Source: Eledone cirrhosa (lineage: Eukaryota). From it: a DNA stretch of 64,000 nt. Each line of letters begins with the position of its first letter. Position 1 is the first letter of the stretch. Below the pieces are notes generated by a model that did no database searches, had not been told where the DNA came from, and was given only the letters and a program-made list of their open reading frames with translations. The stretch lies in assembly GCA_964016885.1 (NCBI GenBank), contig OZ024742.1:17732001-17796000 (forward strand), read 5' to 3'. Below, piece after piece: positions 37,100-48,354 of this stretch. Both the position numbers and the translations under genes were made by a program.

Positions 37100-38175
37100 G
37101 GGAAGAAGACGCACGAGGTGACGGAGGTCATGAAATCGCTCCCGTAAGTTTTGAATTTTTAACATATTTAAATCATTTGTGAAATAACAACTCTTAGTAC
37201 AAATGCTACGTAAAGCACCCGGCTTGAGCCCCAAAAAATTCGGACTCAAAATATATTGTTATAAGGCTCAAATATTCAAATATTCAACTTTGTATTGTAC
37301 ACTGTATATCCAAAAAAAAAAATGGCTATAAATGGAAGAAGAAGAACCCCCCCCCCTCCTCTCCTCTGGCTACACTATATAGGACAGCTAAACTCACCAA
37401 CACCAGAAACTAGATACACCACCCACCCCATCATCTGTGTACACTAAACACAACAGCATTTTCACCTTCACCGCCACCGCTCACTACAGCCATCATTACC
37501 ACCACTATCCCATCACCGCCGCCACCACCCCTTGACTCCTTCACTGCTGCTGCCACCGCTACAGCACCATCACTACAGTAATACGGTCGCATCACCGCCA
37601 CCACTGCCTCGGTATCGACATCACCACCACCACTGTCTCAGTATCGCCAACGCCGCCCTCTCCCACTTCTCCCTGGTGGCTGCTACTACTACTTCCACAT
37701 TATAGAATCCCTACTACTAACAAAGAGGAAGGCATCAAAATATATAGATAGACTCAAAAGAAAAAAGAAAAAACAAACAACAAAACCAAAGCAGCACAGC
37801 AACAACAGCAAAAAACGAGAAAAACAAACAGAGAAAAACAAAAACAAAAAAAGAAACCCCAAAAACGTAAAGAAAATAAGAATGAAGAGGGAAGCAGGCG
37901 GACGGACAGAGAAGAGGGGGGAAAAAGTAAAACTTAAAAAACAAAAACTAAGTCAGACATTCGAATACTACATTACAATGAAACTTATGCTTATCCATTT
38001 TTGGGGCCCTTTCTGCCCGTGTGTTTGTTTGTTTATGTGTGTTCGTATACAGCGTGGTGATAATGCCACACAAGGGCCAAGTGGGATGGCGGACCCACAG
38101 ATGGCTATGTAAACATACATTCGCCAATCCTCGATAAGAGTGTTTAAATATCGAACATAAACAGTTCGAATAACG

Positions 38176-41100
38176 GTGAAATGGAGACTAGAACGTCATG
38201 TGACAGACCCTCACCCAACAGGTGCCCCCTGGCTCAGCAGCAGGAACCTGACTGTCAACCAAATACTGCTGATGTTGGAGGAAGAAGAAGAAGGAAAGGG
38301 GGCCAGAACCAACTGGACGAAAGAATTGAATAGAACTGTTATGCAATGCTACCTGAAAAGTAACCCCAAGGAGAGGGGCTACAGGAGACGGATGCATAAC
38401 ATCTGGAACGAGATTGGTTTATTTAAATTAGATGAACAAAAATTGGCCGGGCAGGCTCGGGTAATAAGAACTAATGGGTGGATAAGCGAGCTGGAACTGG
38501 AGGAACTGAGCAGAGAGAATGGCTTGGAGATGGCGGGTGTAGTATGCCAGACAAGCGAGCCGGTGGGAAATGAAGGTGAGGAGGTCCTGAGAACGGAGGA
38601 ACCACCCGAAGCAGACAATGATCTGAATACTGAGATAAATAATACCTGGAACAGAGATACGGCCACTGAGGAGATGAATGCTGACGGGCTAGGACAAGAT
38701 TCGGTTGACATCCTAAATCTAGTGGTAGATGAATTGAACAATGATAGTGGGAGACCTATGAACCTAAGATTTGTAGACAGGAAAAAGTTAAAAGAAACAA
38801 CAGCTAAGGTAAACAAAGTCATCCCATACCTTGAGGCGAGGAGTCTTCACGAGTGCAACAATATCCTCAAAGCAACAGCAAATACGGTGAGGAAACTACT
38901 TGGTATAAAAGCGAGAGGAAACAACAGACAAGAAAGAGCAGAGCCGTGGTGGAAGAAGCGACTGAGTGGGCAAATCGGGGAAATGAGAAATGACATAGGA
39001 AAGCTTGAGTCACTACTGAATGGGACACTAAAAAACATAGGCACTAAAAATAGACTGGAAATAAAATACAAAACTAGGAGTAAAAAGCTAAATATTATCA
39101 TAGAGGAATTGAAGCAACGCATTGTAGCAAAGAGTGCCAAAATCAGGCGATACGAGAACAGAGTCAGTCAGTATAAACAGAACCGCATGTTCGACAACAA
39201 CCAGAAGATGCTGTTTGGACAGCTTGAGGGGAAAGAAAGAGGCAACGACTTGATCCCTGGGACGGAACAAGCTAAAACATTCTGGAGAGGAATATGGGAG
39301 CAGGATGTTAGACACAATGCCCAGGCAGGGTGGATTGAGACAGTACAGAGGGAGATCGGTGAGAAGGCACAACAACAGACTGATTTGAGTATCACAGTTG
39401 AAACTCTTAAGGGGCAAGCCAAAAAACTAACCAACTGGAAATCACCAGGCCCAGATGGTGTGCAGGGGTATTGGATTAAACATTTAACATCCCTCCACCC
39501 GAAGCTGACGGCCATGTTCAATGACTGCTTGGTGTCGGGTGAGGTGCCAGAGTGGTTGACAAAAGGTACCACAGTTCTGATAATGAAAGACCGAATCAAG
39601 GGTAATGATGTTACCAACTATAGACCTATCACATGTCTGCCCGTAATGTGGAAACTGTTGACGAGCATTGTGTCTGAGGAAATCTACCATCACCTCCACA
39701 CAAACAACTTGTTACCGGACGAACAGAAAGGATGCCGAAAGAAGTCACGTGGTACAAAGGACCAGTTGCTTATTGATAAGATGGTAATGGGGAATTGCAG
39801 GAGGAGACACACTGATCTTGCCATGGGATGGATAGACTACAGAAAGGCATTTGACATGGTGCCTCATTCCTGGATCACCAAGAGCCTGGAGGTCTTCAGG
39901 GTGGCAGATAACATCAGACAGTTGCTGGGCAGGAGTATGGGGTCCTGGGAGACAGAGTTGACATCAACTGGAGTATCCTTGGGAAGCGTGAAGATCAAGA
40001 GAGCTATCTTCCAGGGAGATAGCCTGTCCCCTCTGTTGTTTGTCCTTGCCCTGATGCCCTTGACCATTATGCTGCGAAAAGTGAGAGCAGGATACAAGTT
40101 GGGAAGGGGAGAGCTTACCATCAATCACCTCCTCTTCATGGACGATCTTAAGCTCTTCGGGAAAAGTGAGAAGGAGTTGGATGTGCTTGTTGACACTGTC
40201 CGTATTTTCAGCAGTGATATATGTATGCAGTTTGGTATTGGTAAATGTGGAGTCATTGTGATGAAGAGGGGTAGGTTGAGCAGAAGTAACGGGATCCAGA
40301 TACCAACAGGTGAGATGATAAAGGAAATTGACTCTGAGGAAGGATACAAGTATTTCGGCGTTCTGGAGGCTGATGGCATAAAGAACAAAAAAATGAAGGA
40401 ATTGTTAAGAACTGAATACATTCGGAGAGTAAGGAGCGTATTGAAGTCACATCTGAACAGCAGAAATGCCATAAGCGCAGTAAATTCCCGAGCTGTGTCT
40501 ATTATTAGGTACAGTGCGGGAATTCTGAGATGGAATGTTGCTGAACAAAAAGAAATGGATAGGAAGACTAGGAAGCTATTGACTATCTACAACATGTTCC
40601 ACAAGAGGAGTGATGTCGATAGACTCTACCTAAGGAGATCTGAGGGTGGAAGAGGTCTTATCAGCATAGAGGACTGTGTTCAGATGGAGAAAAACAACCT
40701 ATACAAATACGTGACCTATAGTAAGGAGCCAATGCTCAGAACTGTACTGAAGGAGGGGACAGTAGGCCAGGGGATGTCCAAGGAGGAAATAACATCAAGA
40801 AGGAAGAGCAGCCTTAAGGGAAAATCCCTTCATAGTACCTTCTTTGAGAAAACTGAATTTAGAGATCCACAGACATGGAACTGGTTGAGAAGAGGAGACC
40901 TCAAAAAGGCTACAGAAGGAATGCTAATGGCTGCGCAGGAGCAGGCCCTCAAAACGAAGTGGTTGAAGCACCATATCTACAAGGAGGAGGCTAGCCCACT
41001 GTGCAGGATCTGTGGAGAGAGAGAGGAGACTGTGGCTCACATTGTGTCCGAGTGTAAACACCTAGCCCAGACCCACTATAAGGGCTGGAGACACGATGTG

Positions 41101-41574
41101 ATGGGCAGGGTGATCCACTGGCACCTGTGCAAAGTAAACAATCTACCACATTCTGAGAAATGGTATGAGCATAGGCCAGAGGCGGTGATGGAGAACAGTC
41201 AGGTGAAGGTGCTGTGGGATTTTAGGATACAGACGGACAAAAAACTGGAACACAATAGACCTGACCTGGTGGTTGTGGACAAAGAAAAAAGATCGTGCCT
41301 GATTGTGGATGTGGCCTGCCCGTTCGACACGAGAGTGCAAGAGAAGGAGAGGGAGAAAATTAACCGATACCAGGACCTAAAGTGGGAGGTGAAAAGGATT
41401 TGGAACTGCCATGAAGTCAAAGTGATCCCGATTGTCATAGGCGCACTGGGGACTATCTCCAAAGGTTTCCAGGGATGGTTAAAGAAAATCGGCCCCTTCA
41501 CGCTTTTTGGAACGCTTCAAAAGGCATGCTTGCTTGGAACAGCAAGAACCCTCCGATACGTCCTGAATATCTGA
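38176..41574 (+). CDS. Uninterrupted ORF of an R4/Dong-type RLE non-LTR retrotransposon (family X): N-terminal Myb-like region, RT, CCHC knuckle, restriction-like endonuclease
   Basis: 1132 codons (first in-frame ATG 38272); WTKELN..GYRRRMHNIW, PGPDG, NYRPITCL, DYRKAFDMVPH, FQGDSLSPLLF, FMDDLKL, GGRGL, CRIC..H..C, RHD, RPDLVV..D; followed by ~75-nt 3' UTR and (TAA)n at about 41651-41679. Confidence 0.93.
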   Translation: MKWRLERHVTDPHPTGAPWLSSRNLTVNQILLMLEEEEEGKGARTNWTKELNRTVMQCYLKSNPKERGYRRRMHNIWNEIGLFKLDEQKLAGQARVIRTNGWISELELEELSRENGLEMAGVVCQTSEPVGNEGEEVLRTEEPPEADNDLNTEINNTWNRDTATEEMNADGLGQDSVDILNLVVDELNNDSGRPMNLRFVDRKKLKETTAKVNKVIPYLEARSLHECNNILKATANTVRKLLGIKARGNNRQERAEPWWKKRLSGQIGEMRNDIGKLESLLNGTLKNIGTKNRLEIKYKTRSKKLNIIIEELKQRIVAKSAKIRRYENRVSQYKQNRMFDNNQKMLFGQLEGKERGNDLIPGTEQAKTFWRGIWEQDVRHNAQAGWIETVQREIGEKAQQQTDLSITVETLKGQAKKLTNWKSPGPDGVQGYWIKHLTSLHPKLTAMFNDCLVSGEVPEWLTKGTTVLIMKDRIKGNDVTNYRPITCLPVMWKLLTSIVSEEIYHHLHTNNLLPDEQKGCRKKSRGTKDQLLIDKMVMGNCRRRHTDLAMGWIDYRKAFDMVPHSWITKSLEVFRVADNIRQLLGRSMGSWETELTSTGVSLGSVKIKRAIFQGDSLSPLLFVLALMPLTIMLRKVRAGYKLGRGELTINHLLFMDDLKLFGKSEKELDVLVDTVRIFSSDICMQFGIGKCGVIVMKRGRLSRSNGIQIPTGEMIKEIDSEEGYKYFGVLEADGIKNKKMKELLRTEYIRRVRSVLKSHLNSRNAISAVNSRAVSIIRYSAGILRWNVAEQKEMDRKTRKLLTIYNMFHKRSDVDRLYLRRSEGGRGLISIEDCVQMEKNNLYKYVTYSKEPMLRTVLKEGTVGQGMSKEEITSRRKSSLKGKSLHSTFFEKTEFRDPQTWNWLRRGDLKKATEGMLMAAQEQALKTKWLKHHIYKEEASPLCRICGEREETVAHIVSECKHLAQTHYKGWRHDVMGRVIHWHLCKVNNLPHSEKWYEHRPEAVMENSQVKVLWDFRIQTDKKLEHNRPDLVVVDKEKRSCLIVDVACPFDTRVQEKEREKINRYQDLKWEVKRIWNCHEVKVIPIVIGALGTISKGFQGWLKKIGPFTLFGTLQKACLLGTARTLRYVLNI

Positions 41575-41878
41575 GGCTGCAGGTAGTGGCTTGATATTCA
41601 ATCCAACGGACTTTCCAGTTAACCAACATCAATGACTGAGATTCAAGGAATAACAATAACAATAATAATAATAATAATAGTTATACTTATATATATAATA
41701 TATATACAATTATAAATAAGATAAGAGTAATATATATATATTGTTATGCTTTGGGAGGGTCATGTTGCCAATAAGAAACACACGCACCAGTTGCTTTCAC
41801 TTCAATTTATTATAAATTAAATTTGTAAATTTAAGAATTTATAAATTTCCGGTTGGTTCAGAAACGAAATATATATAC

Positions 41879-42006
<128 letters not shown>

Positions 42007-42299
42007 ACACGTTTTTATTAAACTATTCATTAGTTTATATAGATACACTTCTACAATGAAATTATAAGAAATGTGTAAAAGGTCAACGAAGATATTATTT
42101 TTATTTACATAAGTTCATCTATATACATATGTAACTGTTTCTTTACATTGAATTAGAGAAAACTAAATTGTTCAAACGTTTGTAAAAACCATGTATTCAC
42201 CTGCAAAGACTTTCACATGCACACTCATTCGGACACATATTATCATGCTCACATACAAACGCTTTATGCACATACACATATATACATACACACACATCA

Positions 42300-42707
42300 T
42301 ATGTATATATATTTCAATGCAGAAGTAAATGATAAAGGAGAAAATCAAACTTTCCAGTTGTTGTCTTCCTGTTTCTTATACAACACCTACAACGGTACAC
42401 GATGGGGGCCCACCCACAGCCCCGGCGGACAGAATGGAGAAGACGTGTCCCCGGAGGACGGCAAGGGAGACGCGCTGGAAAAGCCACTCTAACTCGCGGG
42501 GCTCACACCTGCGGCTGGCCAGCTCAGCACCTATGTTGGTGAGTAAGGAGGTAGCCCAGAGGCCTAGGACACCAGAACTGTCCACTGCCAGGGGGACGAT
42601 AGCAAACCTGTCGGAGAGCGACCGGTATTTGAGGAGTTTAGCCCCCTCAGCCCGACATGCAGCAGAACCTGGGTGGGTCAGTCGCAGACTGCACCAGGTT
42701 GCGGCTT
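42300..42707 (-). mobile_element. CRE-clade non-LTR retrotransposon 3' fragment (RLE C-terminus)
   Basis: SAACRAEGAKLLKY..PLAVDSSGVLG..EPRELEWLFQRVSLAVLRGH matches the CRE C-terminal pattern; bounded by (TA)n. Confidence 0.75.
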
Positions 42708-42736
42708 TATATATATATATATATTCACACACACAC

Positions 42737-42785
<49 letters not shown>

Positions 42786-42930
42786 CTCATACCCACACAC
42801 CCACAAACACACTCACTTGCATATACACCCACGTTCATAGAAAATAGTTAGCAAATTGCTTAACTAAGTTATGTTTAGAGTTCATTGCATGTTATGTTTT
42901 TACATTTATCTATTCATGTGTACTGTCATG

Positions 42931-43017
<87 letters not shown>

Positions 43018-43045
43018 ATAATAAATATATATATATATAGTAATA

Positions 43046-43080
<35 letters not shown>

Positions 43081-43084
<4 letters not shown>

Positions 43085-43712
43085 GGTTTGTTAGTTCACC
43101 ACTGGATAGAACTGGTCATTCCGTATGGTCAACCTCGATGTAATATTAGGGAGAGCAATCGACGTAATGCAACTCACCCGTTGGTGGTGCGAGTACGGAG
43201 TTAATTATTATAAAATAACAGGAGGCTGGACTGGTGTAATTCCTTAAAAGGTTTATTATACTATGATCATTTCAATGACCGACTTCAGTATGAATCCGGT
43301 GACATCATCAGGTATTCGAAATTTAACAAGGGAATATAATAGACAAAACCGCCTCAAGAGGGCGGCTGACCGGGCTAGAAGCTGCTAAATGTTCGGCCGC
43401 CATCCTGTCTCTGCTTTTCAGCCCCATTGATTTTGTCTATTATGTTGATTTGTTATATTTCGAATACCTGATGATGTCACCGGATTCATACTGAAGTCGG
43501 TCATTGAAATTATCATAGTATAATAAACCTTTTAAGGAATTACACCAGTCCAGCCTCCTGTTATTTTATAATAATTAACTCCGTACTCGCACCACCAACT
43601 ACACAAACGAAGACGGGTGAGTTGCATTACGTCGAGTGCTCTCCCTAATATTACATCGAGGTTGACCATACGGAATGACCAGTTCTATCCAGTGGTGAAC
43701 TAACAAAGCTAA

Positions 43713-43713
<1 letters not shown>
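43081..43713. mobile_element. Non-coding fold-back element with ~245-bp inverted arms, each with a hammerhead (43258-43315 minus, 43464-43521 plus)
   Basis: 43081-43322 is the reverse complement of 43457-43713; ATAC-CTGATGA-..-GAAA-TGATCA-TA-GTAT; (TA)n on both sides. Confidence 0.78.
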
Positions 43714-43791
<78 letters not shown>

Positions 43792-44179
43792 TAGATATTT
43801 AAATCATTTTTTAATTTATTTAAAGGATTGTTTAATGTTTGTTTGATTTGCTCATCAATTTTTATAGTTCTGGTATCTCGAATTAGTACCATAGAACAAC
43901 AATTATATTATAGACACCCTATATATCTCTATGGGTACTTAGTACTCAGTGAGATATTTACCTCATTTTTATACATTCTCCAATCTATGTAGAGAAAAAA
44001 TTCGTTGTTGTTTACTGCTATTTTTTTAGCAGCCAAGCCATCAACAAGTCTGTAATATTCCCGCATGGATCGCTGCAATGCACAGCTGCATCTCCTCGGT
44101 GGTCAAAGATAATGACCATAATTCGGAACCGTTTTAGAACTCCCAATGGATCCATCAGGGCTGTAGTCTCTCCTCCCTT

Positions 44180-45190
44180 CGGTACGTATTGACTCTCGGA
44201 CATTATGCTTCGCGGCATAGAGGTACGGCACTTTACGTTCACATTTCACATCCCGCCGAGATTAGCTTTGCGGGGTCGATAAAATAGAATACCTGTAATG
44301 CACTTGGGTCGATTTAATAGACTTTCCCCTCCCCTCAAAATCCTTGGCCTTGTACCTATATCAGAAACCATTTTTATTTCCTCATATCAGTTACCGCCCT
44401 TTATGATCTGAGTTCAAATCCCGCCGAGGTTAGCTTTGCCTTTCATCCTCACGGTGTCAATAAAATAAAGTACCAGTAATACACTGAGTCCGATTTAATT
44501 GACTTTCCCCTCCCCAAAATTGTGAGCGTTTGGCCTAAATCAGAAACCACTATTATTTCAGTAAGGTAACTCTATGATTTGACGCATAGAGTTACGGCCC
44601 TTGCCATTCTGAGCTCAAATCCCGCCGTGGTTAACTTTGACTTTCATCCTTACGGGGTCGATAAAATAAAGTACCAGTAATGCACTGGGTAATTTGCTGG
44701 CCTTGTGCCAAAAGTAGAAACAATTATTCAGTAAGGTTCCCTTTTTTGTCATACTACCCTACCACATTTTAGGTAACCCTTTTTTTCATATTTTATCTGG
44801 TGTTCGTGAGTGAATAAAATATTGTAATAATTGTTTCTACTTTTGGCATAAGGCCAGCAATCATCCCAGTACATTACTGGTACTTTATTTTATCGACCCC
44901 GCAAGTATGTTAGGCAAAGTTAACCTCGGCGTGATTTGAACTCAGATCATAAAGGAGCGTAACTCTATGCTGCAAAGCGTGGCGTCCGGCCCTCTACCGA
45001 TTCTGCCAATCCTAATAATATTGTATCGATAAAAGATCGGACACTATGCTTTCCAGCATAGAGTTACGGCCCTTTATGATCTGAGTTCAAATCCCGTCGA
45101 GGTTAACTTTGCCTTTCATCCTTACGGGGTCGATAAAATAAAGTACCACTGGGATAATTGCTGGCCTTGTGCCAAAAGTAAAAGCAATTA
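44180..45190. mobile_element. Cluster of five SINE copies (about 44180+, 44385+, 44570+, 44825-, 45020+)
   Basis: Repeated B-box GAGTTCAAATCCCGCC and SINE core in both orientations. Confidence 0.85.
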
Positions 45191-45687
45191 TATTATTACT
45201 ATTGTATCCTCACAAATACATTTAGGTATCCACCATGTTAAGAGCGGAAACAATTTTTTTTGGTTTTCTCAATATAACTTATTTAATATTCTAATTAGAG
45301 ATTCCTCTTGTAATGCTTGAGAAATAGAACTGATGTAATAATCACTGAGAACAACTGACAACACTTTCTTAATTTATCACATACTAGCAGTAAAGCCCGG
45401 CGTTACTCGGGGTCGCTCAGTAGCTGTGTTAAAGTTACAATGTTAAGTTTCTTTTTTGGCTTAAAAACTGTAGTGTCTACTGTGCAGACTTGCATGTGGT
45501 GTTTTTTATTAATATTCCCTCAACCAACAATATGCCTTATGAAGTTAAGAAAACATAACGATAACCCGAATGTTATAACAAAAGAGGATGCTGGGGATAA
45601 AAACTGCACTGGTTATTTATTAACAAAGATCGAAAATGTAAACACTGCAACGCAGAGAAAAACATTAGCGTAACCAAATTATCAGTT

Positions 45688-47335
45688 ATGTCTGTCTGCA
45701 CCAACTCCGAACACCTCTACATAGGAGCCACATCAACGAGCTTTAAGGACCGCTGGTACAACCATCGCCATTCATTCAAGAAGGAGGCCAAAAGGAAAAG
45801 CACAGCTCTCTCTGACCTGATCTGGAAGCTTAAGCTGGACAGGACCCCATACTCTCTGGCCTGGTACATAATCAGGAAAGTACAACCCGATAAAGGGGGA
45901 TCTTGTATATGCAAACTATGCCTGAACGAGACCCTCGAGATACTAAGAGGTGGAAGCGGCCTGATAAACCTCAGAACCGACTTCTTCGGGACATGCAGAC
46001 ACCTTAGAGCCGGGACCTTTCTCAAAATATATGGACAGTAGCAACACAAGAAGATGTGAACTCCCCTCAAGCTATAGGGACTTCTACAGAACATGAAAAC
46101 ACCTCTCGGCCAGACCTCCCTCAAGCTATATGGACAATTACAACAGCCTAGGTTGTGAACTCCCCTCAAGCCATAGGGAACAACCCAGGCGGAGCAGACA
46201 CCATGATAGCCTAGAGACAGAATCGGACACAGCCATAATAATCAGGCCAACATCTATAACACAAACACTTTTAATTTACCAGATTTCTGACTTTAAAGTT
46301 CCAATCTTAAATCTTGATTTCTCTATATTAATTTGTTATTTGTTTTCTGCCCTCTTCACTGTATAACCTTATATTTATTTTAAGTTGAGATAGATTATAA
46401 CACAAACACATTGAATATCTCATCTTAACATCTTGTATCATACCAATCTATCCAACATATTCTGACCTTGAGATTGGTTATAGCACACACACACACACAC
46501 TTTATCCTACATTATTTCTCACTTCTCCATATACATTATCATTACTTTTTCACCAATCTCTCATTTACTCTTTATTCTTTATTCTCTATTTATTTATTTA
46601 TTTTCAAATTACACAAATTATATTAATTATTTTATTTTATTATATTATTTATTTATCTTCTGTTTTCTTCATTTATTGCCTTATATTTCTTCATATACAT
46701 GAAATAACCCCCCCCCCCCCCGCCACCACCACTACGATGGTGGCGGGTGGGATGAAGAGAAAACACAAACTGAATACTTCTAAATTGTTAGCAGCAGCAA
46801 GATATAAGCTGACCACTACAACAACAACAGTACCAAAATAATGGTGGAGGTCAAATGTACTGAACAATAGCAGGCATAAACACTACAGGGAGCCTCACCC
46901 CAGAAAGAATTCTATAGACTTCTGACTGAGGAATGCTCTCAGAACTGAACAATGGGAAGTTTGACACATTTTTTGATATTTTGTTCCTTCAACACCTTGT
47001 CCCTTCTACCATTTTATCAATTTTTAAGCTAACTCCAACAATGACAACACTAATAACTGACCAATGAGAGGAGAAGGGGACCTGTGACACGAAAATTCGT
47101 TTGTTTGAATTCATATGACTCCAGTTCCCCAGTGAATTAACAACCCAGCAAGGAACTGGGCATATCAGAGTATTGACAATATCATACACCTAAACAACAT
47201 ATGTACTTGTCTATACCATACTAATTCAAACTGCCTGAAGAGGTCACAGCCAAAGATGGCTGTCACTGAAATATATATAGCAGTAATAAACGAAGCTAAA
47301 TTTTAATCATTTGACTTTTATTTAACTTTATTTTA
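45688..47335 (+). mobile_element. 5'-truncated Penelope-like element: GIY-YIG domain (ORF 45688-46041) and probable long 3' region ending at a hammerhead
   Basis: YIGATSTSFKDRWYNHRHSF..STALS..CKLCLNE..INLR..CRH; 3' extent inferred from the hammerhead at 47230. Confidence 0.75.
47230..47284 (+). ncRNA. Minimal type I hammerhead ribozyme
   Basis: ACTGC-CTGAAGA-GGTCACAGCCAAAGATGGCTGTCACT-GAAA-TATATA-TA-GCAGT. Confidence 0.78.
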
Positions 47336-47475
47336 TATATATATATATATATATACCTCTCAATTTCTCTCTACATATATATATATATTTATATGTATAT
47401 ATATATGTATATATATATATATACATATATATATACATATATACCTCTCAATTTCTCTCTACATATATGTATATT

Positions 47476-47610
<135 letters not shown>

Positions 47611-47859
47611 GTGTGTGTGTGTGTGTGCGAATGTGTTTGTGTGTGTAATTTATTGTTCATCGTCAAACTATCAACAAAATTTCTGTTGAATTTCCAGTTT
47701 GCAATATGTAAAGACATTATCACCGAATCGTTACGAAGGTTAACTTTGCCTTTCATCCTTACGGTGTCGATGAAATAAAGTACCAGTAATGTACTGGGTC
47801 ATTGCTGGCCTTGTGCCAAACGTAGAAACAAGTATCACTGAATCGTTATTTGATTGTAA

Positions 47860-48350
47860 ATATGGTTGGATACTGACAAGACTAACACCGGCCATTTCTG
47901 CGATGGGAAAGCTGAACGTCATATGGAGAAGTATCTCCATCAGTTTTCCAACGAACCTCAAACTGTACACGTCACGTCCTTGATGACTTCGATATTTGGT
48001 ATGAGTGTGAACAGTTGGACTCACACAGGTGACATGGAAGTTCTTCAGAAGGATGCTATACGTCCCATACATGGAGGACAAAACAAACAGCTTTGTCAGA
48101 CAGCAAATTAACAAATGTGTTAGCAGAGAGGAACCACTCCTTGAGATGGTGAATAGATGGAAGCTTGACTGGTATGGTCATATATCTCGCCATAACTCCT
48201 TGTACAAAACCATCCAGAGAGGGCAAAGAAGAGGCAGACAAAAAAAATGCTGGTCCGACATCAAAGACTGGACTTGACTGGTCACAACACAGAAACCCTT
48301 CTATGTATGACGGAGAATAGACACCAATGGCGACAACTGACTGCAAAAGT
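47860..48350 (+). mobile_element. RTE-clade LINE 3' fragment
   Basis: FFRRML..KTNSFVRQQI..LLEMVNRWKLDWYGHISRHNSLYKTI..RRGRQKKCW..IKDWT. Confidence 0.8.
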
Positions 48351-48354
48351 GTTG

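Noticed and set aside
37100-37150. 5' ribozyme of the intact Dong element directly after the (TAA)n
   Set aside because: Only a weak GGGA/TCCC pairing; no HDV, hammerhead or twister core could be fitted.
45381-45415. Helentron/HINE-like terminus TACTAGCAGTAAAGCCCGGCGTTACTCGGG
   Set aside because: Resembles such termini, but I could not locate the other end, so no element was called.
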